64,000 bases of DNA. Source: Giardia intestinalis (lineage: Eukaryota). A program made the translations under genes and the position numbers. The first letter of the stretch is position 1, and each line of letters opens with the position of its first letter. The notes under the pieces were generated by a model. The model was not told the DNA's origin, searched no databases, and worked only from the letters and a program-made list of their open reading frames with translations. The DNA lies in assembly GCA_000002435.2 (NCBI GenBank), contig CM018793.1, one strand, 5' to 3'. Shown piece by piece: positions 37,390 through 48,461 of this stretch.

Positions 37390-37398
37390 GGTTGTGCA

Positions 37399-37405
37399 AG
37401 TGAAT
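37399..37405 (+). promoter_or_regulatory. Polyadenylation signal AGTGAAT (AGTRAAY consensus), 10 nt after the enolase stop.
   Basis: Read directly: tga ggttgtgca AGTGAAT ttttc. Confidence 0.6.
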
Positions 37406-37491
37406 TTTTCTGTGTCTTGACTTGCTAATGCTAGTGCCGGGAATGTGTTCGCATTCGTATGGTTCGCTGGCCTGGAGGACCCTGAAAATTA

Positions 37492-38454
37492 ATGTCGGTC
37501 GTCATCTCAGGAAAGATCACCGGCGTCTCGGCTGACTTTTGTGAGGCGTGCTCTCACACAGCTGTCCACATGTACAATGGCTTACTCTATTGCTTTGGAG
37601 GCGGAAAGAAAGGAAGTAACTATCTATTCCGTGTAAGCGAGAAGCTCTCTGTTTCATCGAGACGACCTATGCCATGTCTTCCCAGGACGCTGAATGCAAC
37701 CTGCATCACCAATAACAGATTATACTCTCTGGGAGGCTGCGAATCTATGTTGAACATTCACGATGGACTGATCAGCGGAGATGTATTGAGCATAATTAAC
37801 CTCGTGGATAACTCCTATTGTGAAGTTTTCTTGATAGGCGTTAAGATACCCGGACTAGTGGGTGCAACCCTCCTGCCCCTGGACTCAGCAAACATACTGC
37901 TTTGCGGCGGTGCCGATAGCTCCGGTCAAGCGTCGACAGTTTTCTATCTAATTAGTACCACTGAGTACCGCGTATCTATATACTGCGAGTTTCCGGCTCC
38001 TGGCATTGGTTCGTCATTCACCCTTGTGAACGGGGTCATTTATGCATTCGGAGGGCAGACGACAGGAGGCCTAGGAAACACCCTATACACCTTAACTGTT
38101 TCAAAAGCCACAGAAGAAAGACAATGGACGTCGCACAGAGTTCCTTCAAAGATTCCAAGGAGATACTGCCACTCTGCATGTGGGTACGAAGGCTATCTAG
38201 CTATCTTTGGGGGCCGGACAGAGACACGTATACTTAATGATATGTGGATCTACATCCCTCAATCTGATGAATGGCGAAAAATTGTCTGTCCTCCGTCTCT
38301 AGGTGGTCGATACTCAGCTCCCATGTGTGGCTTAAAAGAAGGGATTCTTGTGGCCGGCGGTATCGGGGCGCTCGCTATTTACGGCGCTCCCTTCATTGTA
38401 GAGCCGCTGTACTCCCTAACCAAAAGTCCAGTTAAACAAGTGGCACTCATATAA
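37492..38454 (+). CDS. Kelch-repeat beta-propeller protein (320 aa, about six blades).
   Basis: Recurrent Kelch GG motifs: LYCFGGGKK, LYSLGGCES, LLCGGADS, IYAFGGQT, LAIFGGRT and LVAGGIG, with W/Y spacing. Confidence 0.75.
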   Translation: MSVVISGKITGVSADFCEACSHTAVHMYNGLLYCFGGGKKGSNYLFRVSEKLSVSSRRPMPCLPRTLNATCITNNRLYSLGGCESMLNIHDGLISGDVLSIINLVDNSYCEVFLIGVKIPGLVGATLLPLDSANILLCGGADSSGQASTVFYLISTTEYRVSIYCEFPAPGIGSSFTLVNGVIYAFGGQTTGGLGNTLYTLTVSKATEERQWTSHRVPSKIPRRYCHSACGYEGYLAIFGGRTETRILNDMWIYIPQSDEWRKIVCPPSLGGRYSAPMCGLKEGILVAGGIGALAIYGAPFIVEPLYSLTKSPVKQVALI

Positions 38455-38461
38455 ATTTACG

Positions 38462-41400
38462 GTGCAAAAAGAGAGTATGTCGACCAACGATAATTTGTCG
38501 TCGTCATCTTTCGCAGAGCACGAGCCTTTAGAGGGTGACTGGCTAGATAACTTCTTGGAGGAAGATGAGGCTGGCTCCCATGCTGATGACACATTACCGC
38601 TGGATTCTGACGCTGAGCGCGAGGCTTTTGAGAAGCCCCTGCTTCCTGAGCAGCGATACTATGCCGAGCGAGCCATCGATCTCCGTAATACCCTAGAGCG
38701 GCCACAAGGGAATCGCTTTCTTGGACTATTCAATGACAGCATTCTACAAGGTCGAAGCTCCTTTCTGGATGAAAATCCATCCGAGAATACGCTTGATACG
38801 ACAATAACAGATCAGGACAGAGACAAGCTCTACCATCTAGAGTACTTGCGCAGGAGTGGCCGAAGCTGGCAACCCATAGAATACACGGATGTCAAGCTAG
38901 AAAAGGTTCAGTTTACAGACGTTGAAGGTGCCATATCTGCATTTCTAATCCGCCCCAACGATCCTATGATTCGTAAGCAAATCGTAAAGGAGTTTTATAA
39001 CTTTCTATGCATGTACACAGATACCCCATCAGTGCCCGAGCTCACCGCTAAACTCCACGATCCAGAAAGCCAAGGCAAACCCATTTCAGATTCGTACCTC
39101 AGAGACCTCCAGAGTCTTGGCCAAAGCTACACCCCTCTCGATGAAGTAACCTCCATAACTGATACGTACGTTACTAGGAAGTCACAACCAGAGTCCCGCG
39201 TACCTTATTATATATCCCAACTCCTTAATTTGTTCCAGCACCGCATTGTGGACTCGTTGACCGTGAACCTTCTGCATCTCTACAAATACAAACCGGCTCT
39301 ATGTAAGCTTGTGCTTGAGCACCCGACGGAAACAATCTCAATCATCGATGAGGCCACACTATTCTTCGTGCATCGTGTAGAGTCCAACTACATACTTTCA
39401 AATAATAGGATAACTAGTCGGTTTCTCATTCCATATCTCAAGCCAAGCGATTTAGTAGCTTTAGGAATAGACTGCGCGGAGTATGATTTACTTGAGAAGT
39501 CATGGAAGAGCTTGAAGTCTGCGTGCCTTAACAAGTACGTCCGTTTAACAGGAGTTGTCACAACAAAGAGCACTAGGCTCCCTCGCCTCTCACAGGTGAC
39601 TATGCTTTGCAGGGACTGCGGGGCTGAAATGGGTCCTTTCAACCTGTCTGCCAGAGGCACCATAACCACCAAGGAAACTGTCCGGTCTGACCAGCAGGCG
39701 ATTGCGTTTCTTCCTAAGAGGTGCATAAATGAAACGTGTCGCTCGAGCAAGCTATATATTAGTACAAGTGGAACCACTTACGAAGATTTCCAGCGCATAA
39801 CAGTTCAGGAGCCTCCTAATAGTGTTGTCAGCGGTCAGCTTCCCGAGAAAAAGGAGGTTCTTTTAACTGGGGACCTCATAGATAAGGTGAAGCCGGGAGA
39901 TATGATCGTTGTTTGCGGGGTATATCGCCACATTTACGACGGGAAACTGAATAGACGGGTTGGGTTTCCTGTCTTTTCAACCCTTATTGTAGCAAACTAT
40001 GTTGCTAAAGTCTCTGACGTTTTCTTTAATTTCACGGCAGACGACAGTGCGGCAATGACCAGATTGGCAACCACCCTCAGTGGTGATGAGCTAGACAGTT
40101 TATTTCTGAAAGCCATAGCGCCGTCAATCCACGGAATGCAGGTCGTTAAGCAGGCAATTCTCATGGCCCTGGTCGGTGGGATATCCCACGCTCTAGACGG
40201 AGGAAGTGGCCAGGCTGCCTCACGATTCACAAGAGGCGATCTCCACATGCTGATACTCGGAGATCCTGGCGTGTCTAAGTCCCAGCTTCTTAAGTATGTA
40301 CAGCATATCTCACCAAAGTGCGTCTATACCAGCGGAAAGGGTTCATCGGCGGCCGGCCTCACCGTGTCGGTTAAAAAGTCAAGCGTGACAGGAGAATTCT
40401 ACTTGCAAGCTGGGGCTCTGGTTCTTGCAAACGGTGGGATTTGCATTATTGATGAGCTGGACAAGATGAACGAGATAGATAGAACAGCTCTGCACCAAGC
40501 AATGGAGCAACAGACGGTGTCCGTAGCAAAAGCAGGCATAATATCTACTTTGGAAGCTCGTGCGGGAATCATAGCCGCGGCCAACCCCGTCAGCGGCCAG
40601 TACGTCTCCAGCCTTCCAGTGACCTGCAATCTCAACATCGGTGATGCATTGATGAGCAGGTTTGACTTGATATGTGTTGTGAAAGACATGGTTAATTATG
40701 AGACAGACCTGGCCATGTCTAAGTTTATTGTTCAGCAGCATTGCAGGGCACACCCGTATGTTGGAGAGGCCATAGACTATCTGACGATGTATAGAGAGGA
40801 GATTGGTCAATTGGAGGCTCGTTTGCAGGCGCTAGAGCAACCAGAAGACAATCAAGAAAACACAGACGCCTCAAAAGCCGTTCGCGATGAGATAGACCAA
40901 TTGAGTGGACGATACAATAGGATAGTGCAGACACTAACGAACCTGTTTGGCGTAGACCACACAGAGGCAATCCTGGGCAGAGGACTTGTTGTCGACTCAG
41001 ACTATCCAGAGTTTATTGACGGGGAGCTATCCTCTAGACAAATAGTCGACCTTATTTTGGGTGCTACTGACGCCACTGGAGATCGAGCTAACATAGGGCC
41101 AAAGCATAATAATTACATCCTCCCACAAACCTTTCTAACAAGGTACATCTTTTATGCACGAATGATGCGACCCCAGTTAACCAAAGAGTGTCAGGACATC
41201 ATCTCAAAGTTTTACACTAATGTTCGACAGATGGTCACCACCGGATGCACTCCGATTACAAATCGACAGATAGGTACTTTGTTTCGTCTTGCCGAAGCTC
41301 ATGCACGCCTACATCTGCGCAAATCCGTAACCAAAGATGATGGTAACTTTGCTATTCGACTTTTTTCTGCACTATATGTGCCACAGCAGAAGGGTGCGCT

Positions 41401-41704
41401 CCAGTATGGTGTGCAGAATAAGCTTGGGACCATTTGTAACATAGAGCGAGATAAGTTTGGCGCAATCATGGCAGTGCTTGCTGACTGCATACGTTCAGCA
41501 CAAGTGTATAAGGAGACTCAAGGTGGCTCTAAGGCTGTGAGTGAGGTTCGCATCACTCCTGCATATCTAAAAGCTGAGTGCGAAATACACAATGTAGAGT
41601 TTATTAGCGGATTTCTGCAATCTCCTGTTCTTCGGCGAGGATACACCTTGGAGTATGATGCATCTGGTACGGTTACTCACATAATTAAAAAATACGCTTC
41701 ATAA
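38462..41704 (+). CDS. MCM2-7 family replicative helicase subunit. At 1080 aa it is unusually long, with extended N-terminal and C-terminal regions. Paralog assignment is uncertain; the CxxC..CxxxxC zinc finger and AAA block are MCM7-like by eye.
   Basis: Zinc finger CRDCGAEMG..x35..CINETCRSS. Walker A GDPGVSKSQLLKYV. Walker B GICIIDELDKM. The MCM box HQAMEQQTVSVAKAGI. Sensor-1 IIAAANP. Arginine finger SRFDL. Confidence 0.93.
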   Translation: MQKESMSTNDNLSSSSFAEHEPLEGDWLDNFLEEDEAGSHADDTLPLDSDAEREAFEKPLLPEQRYYAERAIDLRNTLERPQGNRFLGLFNDSILQGRSSFLDENPSENTLDTTITDQDRDKLYHLEYLRRSGRSWQPIEYTDVKLEKVQFTDVEGAISAFLIRPNDPMIRKQIVKEFYNFLCMYTDTPSVPELTAKLHDPESQGKPISDSYLRDLQSLGQSYTPLDEVTSITDTYVTRKSQPESRVPYYISQLLNLFQHRIVDSLTVNLLHLYKYKPALCKLVLEHPTETISIIDEATLFFVHRVESNYILSNNRITSRFLIPYLKPSDLVALGIDCAEYDLLEKSWKSLKSACLNKYVRLTGVVTTKSTRLPRLSQVTMLCRDCGAEMGPFNLSARGTITTKETVRSDQQAIAFLPKRCINETCRSSKLYISTSGTTYEDFQRITVQEPPNSVVSGQLPEKKEVLLTGDLIDKVKPGDMIVVCGVYRHIYDGKLNRRVGFPVFSTLIVANYVAKVSDVFFNFTADDSAAMTRLATTLSGDELDSLFLKAIAPSIHGMQVVKQAILMALVGGISHALDGGSGQAASRFTRGDLHMLILGDPGVSKSQLLKYVQHISPKCVYTSGKGSSAAGLTVSVKKSSVTGEFYLQAGALVLANGGICIIDELDKMNEIDRTALHQAMEQQTVSVAKAGIISTLEARAGIIAAANPVSGQYVSSLPVTCNLNIGDALMSRFDLICVVKDMVNYETDLAMSKFIVQQHCRAHPYVGEAIDYLTMYREEIGQLEARLQALEQPEDNQENTDASKAVRDEIDQLSGRYNRIVQTLTNLFGVDHTEAILGRGLVVDSDYPEFIDGELSSRQIVDLILGATDATGDRANIGPKHNNYILPQTFLTRYIFYARMMRPQLTKECQDIISKFYTNVRQMVTTGCTPITNRQIGTLFRLAEAHARLHLRKSVTKDDGNFAIRLFSALYVPQQKGALQYGVQNKLGTICNIERDKFGAIMAVLADCIRSAQVYKETQGGSKAVSEVRITPAYLKAECEIHNVEFISGFLQSPVLRRGYTLEYDASGTVTHIIKKYAS

Positions 41705-41718
41705 ATCTGAGCCTCGAA

Positions 41719-44700
41719 ATGCAAATTTCCTCTGTCGATGACTGGTTTACAGCTATCGAACGGGGAGACTGGGCTACGGTAGAGTCCAACGTTGAAGTAT
41801 TTCATGGAAGCCGCAACATGATGCACGAAACTGGCTTGATGTGTGCTGCCCGCAAAGACTTTGTGGATGTGGTTAGAGTGTTAATGGAGCATGAGGCAAA
41901 GCTCCGAGATCATAATGGATATACTGCTCTTATGTTTGCGTGCGAAAACAATGCAGCGGATTCTGCAAGGCTACTCCTAGGTCTCGAAAAGCACATCTTT
42001 TTATTTGATGGCCGGACAGCCCTTCACATAGCTTGTGAGAGTAACTCAAACGCATGCGTGGAGCTTCTAGCTAGAGAGCTGGGGAGTGTGCGTGATAAGC
42101 ACGGGCGGTCAAGCCTTTTTTCGGCAGCAGAGGTGGGCAATACTACTGCTATATCCATATTGTTACTAGTAGCATCCTTTTCTAAAAAAGAGATTCAGCA
42201 AGCAAAATCCACTCTCAAAAGTCTGGGGATACCGTCTGATGAGCTTCTTTTTGATGAGCATGCAACTTTGGACTCCAACGGGTGCGCAGATGTTTCAGGT
42301 TCTCACCAGTGCCAATGCGAGCAACTGCTCTCTGCTCAGGACACGCATGACGGCGTTGTATCTGATGGCGGATCAGCCATAGAAGATGTGGTTGAAACTC
42401 CAGATCCTGTCATGCAGTTGAAGACAGAACTTAAGCGCAAGACAGCAGTAATAGAACAGCTGAATGAGGAAGTAGAAGCCATGCGAGCACAACTACATAA
42501 TGCACAGCAGCTCGTAAAGCAGAAAAACGCAGAGGTAGAGGCTCAAAATATTGCAGGAGATGTCTCAAACTCTATGTCACTATATAGATTTTTATCTCTG
42601 ACACCAGCAGTAGCACGTATCAATCTGACCACCGAACTCTCAAATGTCCTGGTGGCTGTTCCGACAGCATCACTTCCACAGAGGATGGTGACCACCGATG
42701 TCATGTGGACAAGTGACGTGCAGCATCTTCTTGATACAAAAGCGCAGGAGTTAGCCATGCTTTATGACGTACTAACTATTATTTCGGGCCTCTTTCTTGA
42801 GGTGGATGAGGACTTGGCGAAGGATCTCCTTCTTCTCTGCCACTCTTCTCGTTCAGCTTCAACGACTTACTCGCTGTATGACGGAAATGTACGCCTGGAT
42901 GGCATACTTAATTGTCTGCCTGACACAGAGAAGTTTTCGGGATCTTCGCCTTCTCTGCTCCAGCCTTTACTTAAAGGTATTAAGGAGAAGGCAAAAGCAA
43001 TTGGAAAAATCAGCAGTGCTCTCATGAAGAAGGTTCAGTCTATCTTATGGAGAGAGCAGGAGCTCACATCACAAGTAGAATATCTCGAAGAGGAACGAAG
43101 TAATCTCTTAGACAAGCTTGTTGAGGCACGCTCAGTTAGGTGTGCAGGGAATTTCGGGGCAAATGGAGAACTGACCACAGACGAAGCCATACAAGTCTCA
43201 TGTAACGATAGCCTCTTGGATAGCGTAAGAACCCTGCTCAGTGATCACAAGATATTACTCCCGTGTCCCCAATGGGACGACCTGCATCTAGAGCAGTCCG
43301 CCGCCACTTTAGGAGGCGTTGCCAGCGCTAACGCTAGCATGGCAGGAATTGACCAAAGCATGTCAGGCACCACCTTCTTAACACACGACCCTGGCGCAAC
43401 GTCTTTTACTGCATCGTATACAACTGCGGCTCGTCAAACAGTTCAAAAGAATTATGCGGCGTATGTACGCAGTCTGGAGATGAATGTAGCAAAGACAACA
43501 GCACAGCTAGCTATAATCCATCATAACTTGCAATCTAGTAGATGGAATATGACTGATTTTGGTCCACTTCTAGCTGCCTCCGAAAGGCCCAGTGGCGTAG
43601 CAGAACGATCGAGGGTAGTGACTAGTGATCGATCTACGTCTCCTGTTGCCGAATTTGAGCACAAGGGGCTTATGTTAGAGAACAAGCGCCTTAATTCTAT
43701 TATCGACGAGCTGAAACTAGCACTAAACAACACTCCTCTAGAAGCAAACGAAACAGAAGAAGAATGCTTCGAGCGGCAGCTCCGCAGATTGTCTTCATTG
43801 CCACAGTCACAACTTACCGGAAAGGGTATTGCAGTTGGTCCTCAGACCATAGAGTACCTTCGAAGGAAGCTATTAGCAGACATGCAGCCTGCAGGGCCCG
43901 CTTTCCATGTACCCATGCAAAGACCTCCCTCGCAGGCTGTGCCCTTTATAGGGTCTATGGCCCCCGACGCTGCACGGTTGCATGCCTCGTACGCTAAGCT
44001 TGCTCAGCCTGTCGATACACTCTTAGATGATCTACTGAGTAGCAATAAGCCATTACTAGAAGTTAGTGCCAAGGCCGAGATAGCAAGAAAGGATTATCTT
44101 CATCTGACATCAGGTTTGTTGCCTAATGCCACTAGCATCGAGCCTCCCTCTGTCTCCCCTGAGGATGCTCCCAGTCACTCGTCTACCCTATCTGGTGGTG
44201 TAGAGTTAGCCAGACGGTCCGCAACCCTGACTCCCCTGATGGTCGCTATTTATTCTAAATCGTTGCTCGATGTGGAGAGATATTTAGACTATGCGGGCCA
44301 AGCCAAATTAGATGGAACAACCGCCCTAATGCTTGCAGTCGAACTAGGGTTTACTGAAGCAGTCAAGGTACTTAGAAACAAAGAGAGTCGGTTTGTACGT
44401 GATGACGGAGTAACGGCTCTAAAGTTAGCTAAGGATACTGGTCACAGTGAGATTATTGCACTCCTATCCCAAAAACCAAATGAAGAAACGTCTGATAGCT
44501 CTCCAAAGATCGAAGATATGCGACTGGATTTGCACGAGGCTGCTAGAAACTTCCAAATAGACGAGCTTCAACGGCTTGCTATACCGCTAGCAAAAACCCG
44601 AGATCATAAGGGTCGCACGGCTCTTATGGTGGCTGCATCAGTAGGAAATTCTGCTGCAGTTGAGACCCTATTGCAGCTCGAAGGCGGGCTCCAAGATGCA

Positions 44701-44883
44701 CGCGGTACAACGGCCCTTATGCTGGCTGCCGAGCAGGGTCACTTGGACTGTGTGCGACTCTTATCTCCACATGAAAAAGACATTCATGATAACTCGGGAT
44801 ACGACGCGCTGTTTTACATGGCTCGAAGTAAGGTGTGCATTCCACCGGAGATCTTGCGCAAAATGCAGGAGTATCTGTTATGA
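41719..44883 (+). CDS. Ankyrin-repeat plus coiled-coil protein (21.1-like), 1054 aa, with ankyrin blocks at both termini.
   Basis: N-terminal GYTALMFACENNAADSARLLL and GRTALHIACESNSNACVELL. C-terminal GTTALMLAVELGFTEAVKVL, GRTALMVAASVGNSAAVETLL and GTTALMLAAEQGHLDCVRLL. Central coiled coil. The stop codon overlaps the stop of the convergent 44878-48378 gene. Confidence 0.8.
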   Translation: MQISSVDDWFTAIERGDWATVESNVEVFHGSRNMMHETGLMCAARKDFVDVVRVLMEHEAKLRDHNGYTALMFACENNAADSARLLLGLEKHIFLFDGRTALHIACESNSNACVELLARELGSVRDKHGRSSLFSAAEVGNTTAISILLLVASFSKKEIQQAKSTLKSLGIPSDELLFDEHATLDSNGCADVSGSHQCQCEQLLSAQDTHDGVVSDGGSAIEDVVETPDPVMQLKTELKRKTAVIEQLNEEVEAMRAQLHNAQQLVKQKNAEVEAQNIAGDVSNSMSLYRFLSLTPAVARINLTTELSNVLVAVPTASLPQRMVTTDVMWTSDVQHLLDTKAQELAMLYDVLTIISGLFLEVDEDLAKDLLLLCHSSRSASTTYSLYDGNVRLDGILNCLPDTEKFSGSSPSLLQPLLKGIKEKAKAIGKISSALMKKVQSILWREQELTSQVEYLEEERSNLLDKLVEARSVRCAGNFGANGELTTDEAIQVSCNDSLLDSVRTLLSDHKILLPCPQWDDLHLEQSAATLGGVASANASMAGIDQSMSGTTFLTHDPGATSFTASYTTAARQTVQKNYAAYVRSLEMNVAKTTAQLAIIHHNLQSSRWNMTDFGPLLAASERPSGVAERSRVVTSDRSTSPVAEFEHKGLMLENKRLNSIIDELKLALNNTPLEANETEEECFERQLRRLSSLPQSQLTGKGIAVGPQTIEYLRRKLLADMQPAGPAFHVPMQRPPSQAVPFIGSMAPDAARLHASYAKLAQPVDTLLDDLLSSNKPLLEVSAKAEIARKDYLHLTSGLLPNATSIEPPSVSPEDAPSHSSTLSGGVELARRSATLTPLMVAIYSKSLLDVERYLDYAGQAKLDGTTALMLAVELGFTEAVKVLRNKESRFVRDDGVTALKLAKDTGHSEIIALLSQKPNEETSDSSPKIEDMRLDLHEAARNFQIDELQRLAIPLAKTRDHKGRTALMVAASVGNSAAVETLLQLEGGLQDARGTTALMLAAEQGHLDCVRLLSPHEKDIHDNSGYDALFYMARSKVCIPPEILRKMQEYLL

Positions 44884-47800
44884 TTGGAAAAACTTATCTG
44901 CAATCTTGTTCTGGAGTTCTTCGATTTCAAGATCAATACTGTTGATATCTATTGAGGGGCGCTTGATGACTGGGGAAGGCTCATCCTTGGTCCGCATGTA
45001 ATTGATGACGGGCTTGATTGTAGCACTTATCCCAGACTGACTACTGAAGTCTCCGATTGCAAGACTACGACTGCCTTCTTGAAGGACATCCGCACCTGAC
45101 GGACGGGCTGCGCTGTATGCTAGATCCATTATTTGTTCCTGCATGCGTGTTTCCCGCTGTGCTAACTCTTCTTTTTGCATTTCTAGACTCATGATCTTTG
45201 TCCGTTGTGCAAAGTCGAGACCCTTGTAGTACTGGATATCCTCCTTTAAGCTCTGGACCTCAGCCTTGGCCTCTTCAGTTAGCCGCATTGACTCCTCGAC
45301 GGCAGCCTGGTGATCTGCTCTGTCTAGGGTAGCAGCCTGGTCCACTGCGCTGAGCTGGGCCCGTGTGGCCAACAGCTGTGCCTCTGTACGCGCTGTTTTT
45401 GCAATCATATCCGATTTAAACTGCTGTGCCTGCATGATTCCCTCACGCAAAAGTCTATTTGCCTCAAGCTGCTCTTGAATGGTGGTATCTCGCGCCTGAA
45501 TATCTGCTTGCAAACGTCTGTTTTGACCCAGCAGAGCATGGTGATCTGTCTGGAGGTTAGCATACTTTTCTGCAAGAGACTTGAGCTCCACACGCAGTAG
45601 GGCTATGTCAGTGAATTCCGCTTCTACATGTAAATGGTCTATGTTCCTTACTGCCTCTAGCTCCTGTTCGAGGGCGACTATCCGCTTGTCTCTGCTTGCG
45701 AGGGTATCCTCGTGAGCTTGCTGGGCACATAGTAAATCATTGTACTTGCCTTCTAATTGGGTTACCTTATCTCTGAGTGCGTGCTGGGCCGTAACGTTAG
45801 CGCTTAACTCCTTAGAAAGCACAGATATCTTGCCCTTAAGCTTCTGAACGTAGGCCTGGCCTAACTCATTGTCTCCGTCCGTCGCTTTGGCCAGGGTGTC
45901 ACGAGTCCGCAAGTACAGTGCTGACCTCAGTGAGCCCATTGCAAGCAGCGCCAGATCTCTGTTCCTGTTTGACTGCAACGATGTTAGAAGGATTGCGGTA
46001 GAGCTATCTGATGAGTACCTCCAGATCTTGAAGGACCGCTTCATCAACAATTGTGCGGCCAAAGCGTCTGCTCTGCTAGCATGTAATTCAATGAAAGCTT
46101 TAATAGCTGGATGCATAATGAGAAGGGGTGTCTGGCTTTTCCAGGTATGAAATGCCCGTTTTCGAAGAGTACTATCAAGCCTACTAACTAATAATTGTAC
46201 CATGATTCTAGTCTGTCTCATTCGGAGGTATCTCTGGACAAGAGCACCGAAGGCAGTCCTAGTGATTACCCTATTTTTCAATGCTACCATGGCCCTTATC
46301 TTTTCAGCGCGGCGAGTGTACCTCAGCAAAGAAACCCATGCCCTACAAATCAATCTCGTCCTAGTATTTAACTGTACAGTGCTCTCTGCATGCCTCATGC
46401 ACGAGATCCTTTCACGCCACAGGTTCAGGACCCCTCGGAAAGAGAGGATGTCTGTTCTCGGCGGACCATGTAGCTCCAACCAGCGAGCGTAGCGTTGGCT
46501 ACGTTCCGAGGCTCGCCGCTCTGACTCCGCACAGAGAGACAGAAGAGCGATTCTCTGAAGAATCTGCGTTTCATAATACTCTATTGCCTTGCTAAGGTCT
46601 CGACGAGTGACACTTTGGGATTTATGTGCATTCAGCTCAGAAACATGTGCCTTCCATGTAATGAAAATGTTTCGCAACCGTTGTTGAGGTAGAATGACAG
46701 TCTCTAGCAACACACTTTTGAAACAATCTTGTGAAAGCTTGCGAATTGTAGCAAAAGATCTAGACAATAAAAAATATCGATACTGTGCATGGGCATGGTT
46801 CTCGAGCTTCCCTAGCCTCATTTGAGCCCTGCAGTTCTGAACAAAGGTGTCCAATGCAGCACGCTTCATGATCCTAGTGAATAGAGCTGCAAAATGTTCA
46901 AGGCGCGCGGTTTGCTTCCGAGCGGTTGCGCTGTAATCGCCGCTATTTTCATTCAGATAACTTCCAGATGAAAAGGACTGCTGCTTGGAACTGGAATCAG
47001 AATACTTTGCACGAAGAAGAGACAATTCTTTTGCCTGTTCAGCAATGATAGATTGAAGCTCTTGAGGAGAAGAAAGAGAGTATCGATTAATGATATGTGC
47101 AAGACTGTGTGCAGACTGGTCACTGGATAAGTGGACATCTAGATCGCCAATAATCATGCCAGTGTTACTTAAATCGGAGACGTACCCGGGGCCCTTGTGA
47201 GCCTGGAATGAGTTATTGATTGAGCCATTGATTTGCTTATGAAGGCTTATGGAGGCAGAACGCTTCCTTCTGGATTCTGCAATTTGGTTATAGGCAGCTG
47301 TACTTGCTTGTGTAAGAGAGACAAGTGGATCTGGCCTTCCCTCTGTAGATGAGGGCCTAGCGGACCTAGCGTGCTCGTTCTGCTTATGTAGCTTATTCAG
47401 GGAAATAGGGTCTGGGCGGTGTCCCGAATGCATGCTTTGGGTGTCTGCCTCTGCCAATTCGCTGAAGGTTCGCATATTCATTTTGTTGGGGAAGAGCTCA
47501 ATAGAGTGAGGGGCACTTTCCGTCGCGTGCTTAAATATGTCCTTTTCATCCCTATCGGCCTCGTGTAGTGATCTGAGAATGGTGCTAGGTTGATCTCCAG
47601 GAAGGGTGGTCATGTCTCGGACTAAAGATGCATTTGATAGAGGGCGATCCCCTACCTGCGCAGTGTTCTCGATGTGCGACTGCACATCACTCGGCAGTTT
47701 GTTGCCTTCTATGTGCTGGGCCGCCTTGAGTTTCTCTCTGAGGGATTTGGGAGAAAACCTCTGTGCTATCTCCACTACACAGTTTGCTTGACGAGGCTTG

Positions 47801-48378
47801 CTAGTTGCATCAAAGCCGCCAACTACAAGCTTGGCGGCTTCTTCACGCTCAGCCTCGGTAACATCTTGCCCATCCAAAGATTGGAGAGAGGCACAGGCAG
47901 CTATGACCCTAATACGATAGTCACTTTGCCGCGCAATTCCATTTCCATCCAAGCGAAGCGTACGAAGATTAGGTAGAGCTGACAGGTACTCCAATTGAGA
48001 GATATCAACTATATCATTATATGCCAGTGAAAGAGACCGTAAGCGTGGAAACTGCGTAACTCCTGCAAGGTCCGATATCCTATTGTTGGAAAGAAAAAGC
48101 GTAGATATACCTCTGTATTGTGAAGGCAGGACGTCTATTTCCTCTATCCCCTTTTCAATAATGTTGATTTTCCCTGCAGAAAAACACGCAGGGTATTTTT
48201 CAATGTAGGTGCTCAGCAGTGTGAGAGGCCTGTTAGGCAGTTGCTTTTGAGGCTTAGCCCCTCTATTTTGTGCAGATCGAGTTCTCATGGCGTACTCTTG
48301 CTGGATAGCAGTCCGATAGAGTTGGTGAGCTACGTAACTCTTGCCGCCAGCAGGCTGCATGCTCCGGTGGGCTCCCAA
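44878..48378 (-). CDS. Leucine-rich-repeat (SDS22-like LRR) plus long C-terminal coiled-coil protein (1166 aa), a possible basal-body/centrosomal LRRCC1- or centriolin-like scaffold.
   Basis: N-terminal LRRs LFLSNNRISDLAGVTQFPRLRSLSLAYNDIVDISQLEYLSALPNLRTLRLDGNGI. C-terminal ~350 aa E/L/Q/A-rich heptad coiled coil. Confidence 0.65.
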   Translation of the reverse strand: MGAHRSMQPAGGKSYVAHQLYRTAIQQEYAMRTRSAQNRGAKPQKQLPNRPLTLLSTYIEKYPACFSAGKINIIEKGIEEIDVLPSQYRGISTLFLSNNRISDLAGVTQFPRLRSLSLAYNDIVDISQLEYLSALPNLRTLRLDGNGIARQSDYRIRVIAACASLQSLDGQDVTEAEREEAAKLVVGGFDATSKPRQANCVVEIAQRFSPKSLREKLKAAQHIEGNKLPSDVQSHIENTAQVGDRPLSNASLVRDMTTLPGDQPSTILRSLHEADRDEKDIFKHATESAPHSIELFPNKMNMRTFSELAEADTQSMHSGHRPDPISLNKLHKQNEHARSARPSSTEGRPDPLVSLTQASTAAYNQIAESRRKRSASISLHKQINGSINNSFQAHKGPGYVSDLSNTGMIIGDLDVHLSSDQSAHSLAHIINRYSLSSPQELQSIIAEQAKELSLLRAKYSDSSSKQQSFSSGSYLNENSGDYSATARKQTARLEHFAALFTRIMKRAALDTFVQNCRAQMRLGKLENHAHAQYRYFLLSRSFATIRKLSQDCFKSVLLETVILPQQRLRNIFITWKAHVSELNAHKSQSVTRRDLSKAIEYYETQILQRIALLSLCAESERRASERSQRYARWLELHGPPRTDILSFRGVLNLWRERISCMRHAESTVQLNTRTRLICRAWVSLLRYTRRAEKIRAMVALKNRVITRTAFGALVQRYLRMRQTRIMVQLLVSRLDSTLRKRAFHTWKSQTPLLIMHPAIKAFIELHASRADALAAQLLMKRSFKIWRYSSDSSTAILLTSLQSNRNRDLALLAMGSLRSALYLRTRDTLAKATDGDNELGQAYVQKLKGKISVLSKELSANVTAQHALRDKVTQLEGKYNDLLCAQQAHEDTLASRDKRIVALEQELEAVRNIDHLHVEAEFTDIALLRVELKSLAEKYANLQTDHHALLGQNRRLQADIQARDTTIQEQLEANRLLREGIMQAQQFKSDMIAKTARTEAQLLATRAQLSAVDQAATLDRADHQAAVEESMRLTEEAKAEVQSLKEDIQYYKGLDFAQRTKIMSLEMQKEELAQRETRMQEQIMDLAYSAARPSGADVLQEGSRSLAIGDFSSQSGISATIKPVINYMRTKDEPSPVIKRPSIDINSIDLEIEELQNKIADKFFQS

Positions 48379-48461
48379 ATTTTAAGTTAAGTTTTAGCTC
48401 TCTCACAAGGAAAGACCCTCAGAGATATTTACAACCAAATTGCGTCGCTGTCTCGCACGAC

